Positions 39,998 to 49,100 of a stretch of 64,000 nucleotides of DNA are shown in pieces (within the stretch, counting starts at the first letter, position 1; the number at the start of each line of letters is the position of its first letter). Where the stretch lies: assembly GCA_024231025.1 (NCBI GenBank), contig JAAEQW010000150.1, positions 239 through 64,238 of the forward strand, written 5' to 3'. The notes beneath the pieces are model-generated. The model worked only from the letters and a program-made list of their open reading frames with translations. It had not been told where the DNA came from and ran no database searches. The position numbers were made by a program, and so were the translations under genes. This stretch comes from Candidatus Omnitrophota bacterium. GTDB taxonomy: Bacteria > Omnitrophota > Gorgyraeia > Duberdicusellales > 4484-171.

Positions 39998-40456
39998 ATG
40001 AAAGAGATAAAAGGATCGTTCGCAGGAAAAGGGCAAAGAATAATTATAGCAATTTCAAGATTTAACGAATTTATCAGCAATCAGCTTCTTGTTGGATGTA
40101 TTGATGCTTTAAAAAAATCTGGCGTAAAAGACGACGATATAACTGTTGTCTGGGCTCCAGGCTCATTTGAGATCCCGCAATTATTAACCAAGATCGATGA
40201 GAAAAAATATGATGCCGCAATTGCATTGGGCGCGGTTATCAGAGGCGAAACGCCTCATTTTGATTATGTAGCTGCTGAGGTGTCAAAAGGCGTGGCAAAA
40301 ATTTCTTTAGATAAGAAGTTTCCAATTATTTTTGGTGTGATTACTGCTGATACTGTTGAGCAGGCAATCGAGCGTGCCGGCACAAAACACGGCAACAAGG
40401 GTAGAGATGCAGCTTTGGCTGCTCTAGAAATAGCAAATATTTATTCGCAACTTTAA
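39998..40456 (+). CDS. ribH: 6,7-dimethyl-8-ribityllumazine synthase
   Basis: GGAGG RBS; IAISRFNEFI...VWAPGSFEIP motifs. Confidence 0.85.
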   Translation: MKEIKGSFAGKGQRIIIAISRFNEFISNQLLVGCIDALKKSGVKDDDITVVWAPGSFEIPQLLTKIDEKKYDAAIALGAVIRGETPHFDYVAAEVSKGVAKISLDKKFPIIFGVITADTVEQAIERAGTKHGNKGRDAALAALEIANIYSQL

Positions 40457-40464
40457 ATCTGTAT

Positions 40465-40911
40465 ATGAGATTACGTTCAAAAGCGAGAGAGGTTTCTTTG
40501 CATCTTCTTTATCAAGTAGAAATCACCAAGGGTGATTTTGCTTCGATTTTTCAAAAATATATCAAAAATGACCCACAACGCCAAGAAGTCGAGGATTTTT
40601 CGCACTCAATTTTCGGTGGAGTGGAGGATAATTTAAGCGCAATTGATTCAGTAATCAAAAAACATGTAAAAAATTGGGAAATTGGCAGGATGGCAATCAT
40701 TGATAGAAATATCTTACGTATTGCTTGCTTTGAGTTGCTTTATTTAGATGAAGTGCCGCCTAAGGTTTCGATTAATGAGGCGATTGAGCTTGCTAAGCGT
40801 TTTGGTGATGTTGACTCACCGCGTTTTGTGAATGGCATCTTAGATAAAATATATAAAACGGAAAGAAAGGATAAAGAAGACAATGTTCGAGAATGCGACA
40901 AACAAGTGTGA
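40465..40911 (+). CDS. nusB: transcription antitermination factor NusB
   Basis: NusB-like 148-aa all-helical protein placed after ribH, as in many bacteria. Confidence 0.7.
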   Translation: MRLRSKAREVSLHLLYQVEITKGDFASIFQKYIKNDPQRQEVEDFSHSIFGGVEDNLSAIDSVIKKHVKNWEIGRMAIIDRNILRIACFELLYLDEVPPKVSINEAIELAKRFGDVDSPRFVNGILDKIYKTERKDKEDNVRECDKQV

Positions 40912-41719
40912 CCTTCACATCCATTCAACATTCTCTGATAGCGATCAAACTTTAGAAAGCATTTTTCTATCTGCCAAAGAAAACGACCTCAGCTGCATAT
41001 CTATAACTGATCACGATACTACCAGCGGAATAAAATGTGCACGCTCACTCAGCAGACGAGTTGGCATCGAATTAATTGATGGCATTGAAATCAGCGCTCA
41101 TAAAGATGAGACTGAAATTCATATTTTGGGCTATTTTATTGATAGCGAAAATAGAAAATTTCAAAATGCGCTAGAAGATGTAAGAGAATTACGAAAAAAG
41201 CGCTTAATCGCGATGGTCAAGCGCCTAAGCGCTTTAGGGCTGGCAGTTGATTGCGATGAAATTTTAGAAGGGATTGGCGATGCTATTGCCACAAGGCTTC
41301 ATCTTGGATTATACTTAGTTAAGAAAAAAATTGTTGGTAATCTCTGGGAAGCTTTTAAAAAATATCTTTCCTGCGGAAAGCCGGCTTATATTGGGCGTTT
41401 TAAATTTTCAGTAAAAGAGGCGATTGAGTTAATCAAAGATAGCGGTGGCCTAGCTTTTATTGCGCATCCGCGTTATATTACGGATCGAGCGTGGATAAAA
41501 GAATTTGCTAATTACGGTGCAGATGGCTTAGAGGTGGTTTATCCGTGTCTTTCGGCTGCCAAAATGGCATCTTTTTCTGATATTGCGGACGAATTGGGAC
41601 TCATTAAAAGTGGCGGTTCTGACGCTCACGGAACGTATAAAGAGTATACCAAAGTTGGAGGAGTAAGCATTCCTTACAGCTGGGTTTTGAAGATGAAGGA
41701 ACGTCTTTGCTTGGTATGA
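40883..41719 (+). CDS. PHP-domain metal-dependent phosphoesterase (TrpH/YciV-like)
   Basis: CDLHIHSTFSDSD and ITDHDT PHP motifs. Confidence 0.7.
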   Translation: MFENATNKCDLHIHSTFSDSDQTLESIFLSAKENDLSCISITDHDTTSGIKCARSLSRRVGIELIDGIEISAHKDETEIHILGYFIDSENRKFQNALEDVRELRKKRLIAMVKRLSALGLAVDCDEILEGIGDAIATRLHLGLYLVKKKIVGNLWEAFKKYLSCGKPAYIGRFKFSVKEAIELIKDSGGLAFIAHPRYITDRAWIKEFANYGADGLEVVYPCLSAAKMASFSDIADELGLIKSGGSDAHGTYKEYTKVGGVSIPYSWVLKMKERLCLV

Positions 41720-42789
41720 ATAAAGATTTAATTTTTCTAAAAAAAGCGTTAGAGCTTGCTCAACAGGCCGAAGGATTAACTTCGCCCAATCCTTTAGTTG
41801 GGGCAGTGATTGTTAAAAAAGGTAAAGTAGTTTCTAAGGGCTATCATCGCCGTGCCGGTTTGCCTCACGCTGAAGTTGAAGCAATCAAAAAGGCAAAAGC
41901 CGATATAAAAGGGGCAACTCTTTATATAGGCTTAGAACCATGTTGCCATTTTGGCAAAACTCCGCCCTGCGTTGATAAGATTATTGCAAGTGGAATAAAA
42001 AGAGTTGTTATCGCAACGCTTGATCCTAATCCGATAGTTAGTGGCAAATCGGTTAAAAAATTAAAAAAAGCAGGAATCCAGGTAAGTGTTGGTTTGCATC
42101 AAGCCTGGGCTCAGCAAATTAACGAAGTGTTTTTTAAAAACATGGCTCAACGCTTACCGTTTGTTGTGGCAAAAGCTGCTCAGAGCCTGGATGGAAAAAC
42201 AGCAACCAAAAATAAAAAGTCTAAATGGATAACATCTGATGCGATGCGTCTTTGCGCAAAAAAATTACGCGATAAGTACGATGCGGTGTTAGTAGGAATT
42301 AATACGGTATGTGCCGATAACCCTTCACTTGATGGGGCGAATAAGACGCCGTTTAAGGTTGTGATTGATCCGCATTTGCGAATCTCTTCTGATTGTAAAT
42401 TGATTAAGAATAATCCGCAACGGTTAATAATTTTTACTTCTAAGTGCAATGAGCACAAGGCTTGGAAAATGCCCGATCGGGTAAACATATTTTTCTTAGA
42501 AGGTAAAAACGATAAATTTGCCTTAAAAGATGTTTTAAAAAAGCTTTATAAGGTTGGGATAAGGTCAGTATTCGTTGAGGGTGGCTCGCAGACCTTAGGT
42601 GAGTTTTTTGACAGTAAGCTAGTCGATAAAGTGTATTTTTTTATTGCGCCGAAGATTATCGGTGGTAAAGATGCGCTTGTTTCAGTGGGCGGCGAGGGAG
42701 CGTCATCGCCAAATAGTGCGCTAAATATAAGAGATATGCAGTCAACGCCAGTTGACAACGGCATTCTAATTTCAGGATATCCCACGTGA
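41707..42789 (+). CDS. ribD: bifunctional riboflavin biosynthesis deaminase/reductase
   Basis: HAEVEAI...PCCHFGKTPPC CMP/dCMP-type deaminase zinc motif plus a RibG reductase domain. Confidence 0.85.
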   Translation: MLGMNKDLIFLKKALELAQQAEGLTSPNPLVGAVIVKKGKVVSKGYHRRAGLPHAEVEAIKKAKADIKGATLYIGLEPCCHFGKTPPCVDKIIASGIKRVVIATLDPNPIVSGKSVKKLKKAGIQVSVGLHQAWAQQINEVFFKNMAQRLPFVVAKAAQSLDGKTATKNKKSKWITSDAMRLCAKKLRDKYDAVLVGINTVCADNPSLDGANKTPFKVVIDPHLRISSDCKLIKNNPQRLIIFTSKCNEHKAWKMPDRVNIFFLEGKNDKFALKDVLKKLYKVGIRSVFVEGGSQTLGEFFDSKLVDKVYFFIAPKIIGGKDALVSVGGEGASSPNSALNIRDMQSTPVDNGILISGYPT

Positions 42790-42797
42790 TGAGAGTT

Positions 42798-42846
42798 ATA
42801 AGTCGTAAGTTGTAAGTTGTAAGTTGTAAGTTGTAAGTTGTAAGTT
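42798..42846. repeat. (GTAAGTT)n heptamer tandem repeat, 6 perfect units plus one degenerate
   Basis: cgtaagttgtaagttgtaagttgtaagttgtaagtt, located in the ribD-to-giant-gene intergenic region. Confidence 0.85.
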
Positions 42847-43054
42847 TGCCTGCCTGTCCGGCAGGTATTAGAAAACTTGAAATTTCAACTCATATGCACC
42901 GCGTAGGTGCGCATTGTTTTGTAAACTGTTGAGTGTGAGGTAGTTACCGACAGCGTCTCCTTGTGGTTATTTTTTGTAAATTGGGTTGACTTTTGCTTGT
43001 GGATATGTTACTTTTGTGTAAGCGCTTACAAAGCAATGTATGTTAAATACCTGG

Positions 43055-43093
43055 GGAGGCATTACTCAAATAGAGTAATGCCTCCCTTTTTTA
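43055..43093 (+). terminator. strong rho-independent terminator / leader hairpin (13-bp stem GGAGGCATTACTC, loop AAATA, CTTTTTT)
   Basis: A perfect 13-bp stem with a T-run, 55 nt upstream of the giant-gene ATG and 265 nt downstream of the ribD stop. Confidence 0.75.
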
Positions 43094-43148
43094 ATGTTTT
43101 AAAGGTGGCAATTGCAGTGATTTTGCTGCACAATTGAGGAGGTTTTCG

Positions 43149-46100
43149 ATGATACTATTTTTACAAAAGAGAAAAGCGTCGGTTCCATTCAAAGTTACAG
43201 TGTTTTTAGCAATGGGAATTTTTCTGCTGGGCACCTTTATGATGCAGACCAATAAAGTTCCTAAAGCATATGCTTCCGCCTTGCCGTATATGGCGGCACC
43301 GACCGAACTTATTGATACAACCGCAAATTTTAACCCGGTAGTTTTGCGCGGGATAAAATTTGATACCAACAATCCCTTTAAATTCAATTTTATTCTTGAT
43401 GAAGGCGATACTGCCCTTAGCGACGGCGAACTGAAAAAGGAAGTAGAAAAGATCGCTCGCCAATTTCTTGCGGCGATAACTGTTCCCGAAGAGGATTTAT
43501 GGGTTAACCTTTCTCCATTGGAAAAAGATAGAATTATTTCTGATGAGCTAAGCGTAACCGATATTGGACGTGACCTTTTAGGTGAAGATTACGTTCTAAA
43601 ACAATTAACTTCGTCTTTAACTTATCCGGAAAGTCCGCTTGGTAAAGAGTATTGGAAAAAGATTTACACTCGGACCCAAGAAATGTATGGCACAACTGAC
43701 GTGCCAATTAATACCTTTAACAAAGTTTGGATTACTCCTAAGCATGCGGTAATTTACGAAAATGCCCAAGGCGCATATATTGGTGAGAGCCATCTAAAGG
43801 TAATGTTGGAACAGGATTACCTTGCCCAAGAACAAAACATCGCAGGGGCACAGCGTGATGTGCCCTCTGAAAAACAAATCAATAATATTTCCGCCCAAAT
43901 AACCAAAGAAGTAATTTTGCCGGTAATCGAGAACGAAGTAAATTACGGGAAAAGCTTCTCGCATTTGCGTCAAATTTATCATTCGGTGCTTTTAGCCTCG
44001 TGGTTTAAAAAGAAACTAAAACAGACTATTCTTAATGATATCTACGTTGATAAGAAAAAGATTGCCGGAGTTGACACCAGCGACCCCCAGATTAAGGAAA
44101 AAGTATACAACCAATATTTAGAAGCTTACAAAAAAGGTGTCTATAATTATATTCGCCGTGATTCTGATTTTACCACAAAAAGAAAAGTTAATCGTCGTTA
44201 CTATTCTGGCGGAACTGATCTGGTGGTTGGCCCAACAACTACGACTAAGTCTGGTACCGATCCTTTGGCTCCAGGTGTTGGCGGGGCTTCAAAGGGTGAA
44301 GTAAGTGAGGCTGGAGTTACAACCGAAGGCATTGACAATAAACCTGGGCCGGATATGGCCGCTGCAGCGATTCCGCATGGTCGGACTAATAAGGGGATAT
44401 CAGGCGCAATCGAAGGTAATACTGTTACTCGTCAAAAGGCAAATGGAAGCTACGCAAAAGAGGTTTTTGATGCTGAGAAAGCGCCTAAAGACAGTTCGGT
44501 AATAACTAAGGCCGACGTGCGTGATGTTCCACAGTTAGCCGGATCAATTACCGAATTAATTCATAACTACAGAGACATAATTACTTTCGACCTTGATAGC
44601 GCAGGAAGAATGGTCAATGTTCAACTCCCCACGGACCTCACAGATAATCTTCGTATACTTGATTTAGCGCGTGAACTTTCAGTTGTTCAACCTGATCCGC
44701 AAGTGCGCCGCATGGCTTTTCATTTAGCTGCGGCAATTCAACGTGCGCGCGGAAAACTTTCTCCAAATGTTAGAAATGTATCGTTACTCCAGCCATTTAC
44801 CGATGGCGTTTTAAGAGGTATTCCGGCAGATAATTTACGCTGCGGTGGGGCGATGGAGCAAGCTGCTCTTGGGCGAGCAGCAGATAAAGCTAACGCGGTT
44901 ATTGCGGCTGAAATTGCCATGTCTGAGCTGATCTATTCTGGGCTTTTGGATTTATTTGATTTTGTTGGTCATGTATATCTTGGTGATGCTTTTGCTGGCC
45001 GTGATGCTTCAACTCCTACGCAGCTTGATCATCTTCAAGCTAAATTGTCAGAAATATTTGCTTTAGATAAGACGAAGGCTCTAATTGCAGCGGCGTCCGA
45101 TGAACTGTCGGTTGATGGTTACGAGGAGAAAATTTGGGCGAAAATGCCTCTTGTTGAACGCGAGAGTTCAGGGATGATTGATAAGGCGCGGCGAGAAGCA
45201 GAAATGCAGAAAATATTCGGCATACTTACCTTAGCCGCTGAAGCAGGAATTACCCATTTCGATATTGATTTTTCAACTCTGGCGGATCAAGTTCTAATGG
45301 AAGCCCTTTACCGAGGTGCGCACACTGATGATAATCCTAATGGTTTTAGTCCAAGCATGAAGATGCTAATCGATAAGATCAAGAGCTCTCCATCAATGGA
45401 AGTGGCGGTTGCATGGGTTAGAGATAAGGGTGAGGTTTCTGATGATAAGCTTTGGGAGTTGTATAGTCCCAAGCGTCAGGCAGCATCTGAGAAAATTCAG
45501 GTATTTAATGCCAAATTTAGCGCAAAGGCAATCGTCCACCAAAGAATAGAAGAGGCGAAAGCAATAAGGGCCGGATATTTACCGGAAGGGTTTCGTGCCC
45601 TTTCTGGTGTTGAAGATGCACATACTGATTTAAAGTTTCTTGAGAATAAACCGAGTGAGCCGGAATCAGTTGTTGCATTTTTGCTTATGTTGCGTCGTGA
45701 GTTATTAGAAGCGAATAAACAGTTTAAAGCAGATTACGGTTACGATTTACCTGAGTTAACCGCAATTAAATGGAGTCCGAAAACCGGAACTTCACATGGT
45801 ACCGCGGGGATAGAGGCCAATATCGGTGTTTTTGCGTTGGCGGAAAGGTATCTTGCCTTGCCGCAAGTGAAAGAAATCCTCGGCGGTGAGTTTGTCCTAA
45901 TAAGGGGTCAGCATGGAGCCTCTAAATGTACTACCGATCAGTACGCAGATATGGGTCGAAATGCTGAGGATATTCACTTTGCGACTGGAATAGCTAACAA
46001 ATTTTCCGGAACAATGGCCGAAGAATTTAACATAATGACCGATACTGTGGGGGATTTACTGCAGTTGCTTTTAAAGCCTGATCGAGCGAATATTACCGAT

Positions 46101-49100
46101 CGCCTTAACGCGTATTTAGAGGTTATTGGTAAGGATGCGGATTGGCTGATGGATTACGTTACGCTGCCTGGAGTTGAAGCCAAAATCAAAAGATTTCGTT
46201 CGGCTGAATTTGGCGGGAAAAATGATGCCCAAACAAAGTTTTTCAATATCTTAGCTAAGGAGGGCATAACTTCATATACTCTCGAAGGCCGCAGGAGACT
46301 TACCCATCTTATTCTTACCGACCCTGAGGAGGGTGTTCCTAGTGATGCAAGAAGTAAACTGAAAGATTTAGTAAAGCATGTTTACAGACCACTTTTACCC
46401 TACTTTCTTAGTATGCCGCAAGAATTACGGGATCCGGTTATGAACGCGGTGCAGGCCTGGATGGGAGACGCAATAAATGAGTTAGGTATTGCAGATAGTT
46501 TTGATAAGCTTGTACCATATTTACCTCAAGAACCTTTGGTTTTGCGCCCGATTCCTGCCGATTTTGTTGCGGAAGCTCAAGAAGCAGTGCAGCAAAGCTT
46601 GCCGCTGATTGAACAAATCGACAATGGATTTGCGCAAGCGAGAGAGGCTTTTGATGGTGGCGAATATCAGCTAGCATTTACCAGAGTCGATAAGGCAATA
46701 GAACTTTTGATGAGACCTGAAAAATTCGACGCAAAAGATGATCCGCTAACCGGCGTCAGTAACCCTAATGAAATTTTAAGTCTGTTAAATAGTTTAGGAT
46801 CAAAGCGCCAATTATATCCTCGTCAAGAAGACCTTCAGGGTTTTCTTCACGCAGGCATAAATGGGCTGGATTTGATTAATGGCTTAAGAAAGCTAAATGG
46901 TTTCAAGCTAATAATCGAAGAAGTCGACCCTCAAGACGTGCCGCTGATTGAACAAATCGATGGCTTGTTTGTCGAAGCGAAAAAAGCTCTTGCGAAGGGT
47001 GAGGATCAGTTAGCATATACCAAGGTCGAGGAGGCAACAACACTTTTGACACGGCCTCTCGATTTCGACACAAGTGATGATCCACTAACCGGCCTCAGTA
47101 ATCCCGATGAGGTTTTAAAACTATTAAATAGCTTAAAGCTTCAACGGTCTCGTCGTCAAAGCGCCCTTTGGCGCTTGCTTGGCCAACGTTTAAATGGATT
47201 GGATTTAATTAACGGGTTAAGGATGGCAATTGGTTTTGGGGTAATAACCGAAGAAGTCGATCCTCAAGACCTGCCGCTGACTAATAAACAAATAGACAGT
47301 TTTTTTGATAGAGCCGAAGAACATTCTAAACATGGAAGAGATTCCTATGCACTTAAAGAAATTGATAAGGCAATAGAACTTTTGAAATGGCCTGAAAAAT
47401 TTGATGCAAAGGGTAACCCGCTAGTCGGCATCAGTAACCCCGATGGAGTTCAACACCTATTAAGTGCGATAGAGACAGGAGGGTACACATTATCTTTTAG
47501 TGAGGAAGCTCTTAAACTTCTTCTTGATGAAGGTGCAAGCGGATTAGAATTAGTTAATGGTTTGAGAGAGATAGATAGGCTCGATCCAATAGCAAAAAAA
47601 GCTGACCCTCAAGATCTGCCGCTGATTGAACAAATCGACAATGGATTTACCGAAGCGAGAGAAGCTTTTGATAGTGGCGAATATCAGCTAGCATTTACCA
47701 GAGTCGATAAGGTAGCAGAACTTTTGAGACGGCCTTACGATTTTGACGTAAGTAATGATCCACTAACCGGCCTCAGTAACCCTAATGAAGTTTTGATGCT
47801 GTTAAATGATTTAGAATTAAATGTTGGATTATCGCATCGTCAAAAAGCGCTTAAGGATTTTATTGGTCAAGGTAGAAACGGATTGGACTTAATTAATTGC
47901 CTAAGAATGGCAGTTGGTTATGGGGTAATAATCGCGAAAGCTGGCAGCGCTGCTGCCAACGGGTCGGTTGTTTTAGAGAAGAAAAATAAGGTTGCAATTA
48001 ATGGCGGCGGCAGAATCGGCATGTTGAGTTTGCGCGTGTGGATTATGAAAAAAATGCACGGAGAGCCAACCGATCTTGATGTTGTAGCGATGAATGATTT
48101 GCAGTCACCCCAGCAGCTAGCTTACAAACTTAAGTACGATTCTAATCATGGAGAGCTTAAGGATGTTGGAATCGATGTGGTCGAAGAGGGAAATGATAAC
48201 TTTTTGGTTATCAATGCTGAAGGAATCAATAATCATAGAATTCAATTATTTTCAGAAAGAGATCCGACACAGCTGCCATGGGGACAACTAGGTATTGGTC
48301 AAGTGTGGGAGTGTACCGGAATATTTAGAGATAAAGAAGCGGCTGATTTGCATCGTCAAGCGGGAGCCAAAAAAGTTATTGTTAGCGCTCCGGGCAAAGG
48401 GCTTCCAACTATAGTTTTCGGAGTGAACCAAGGTATTTATGATCCAGCGAAGCATGACATAGTTTCGAACGCATCGTGCACAACCAATGATCTTGCTCCG
48501 GTGATTAAGGTCTTAAATGATACACTTGGAGTTCAGTCGGCAATGATGAATACAACGCATGCTACAACTAATGATCAGAAAGTAGGTGACGCTCCGCACA
48601 GCGATCCTTATCGATCAAGAGGCGCTATCGGTGCGATGATAATACCTACCATCACAGGGGCAGCTAAAACTACTGGCAAAGTAATACCTGAATTGGATGG
48701 AAAAATAGATGGAGCTTCACTTCGTATTCCTACTAAAACTGTTTCAGCGACGACGATAACAATCAATGTGAAAAAAGACACAACAGTAGCAGAAGTTAAC
48801 GCAATTTTAAAGGAAGCATCAGAGACTGAGGGATTAAAAGGTATTCTTGCTTATACCGATGAGAAAAAAGTTGGGGTGGATTTTCTTACTGATCCACATT
48901 CATCAACGGTTGCCGGAGACTTCACTAAAGTTGTTGTCGGTACGATGGTGCAAGTACTTTCTTGGTACGATAATGAATGGGGTTTTGCCAATCGCATGGT
49001 TGATCTTGGTGAGCATATGGCAGATGCCGATTTCGCCTTTGCTGAGAAAGAAATTGTGCAGGAGACAGCGCATGATACATTTGTAAAAAATGAATTAAAG

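Noticed and set aside
42798-42846. (GTAAGTT)6 and the GGATTAAG / (ACCAGAG)n runs considered as possible CRISPR arrays
   Set aside because: The period is 7-8 bp with no unique spacers, and no cas genes are nearby. These are microsatellite-type tandem repeats, not CRISPR.
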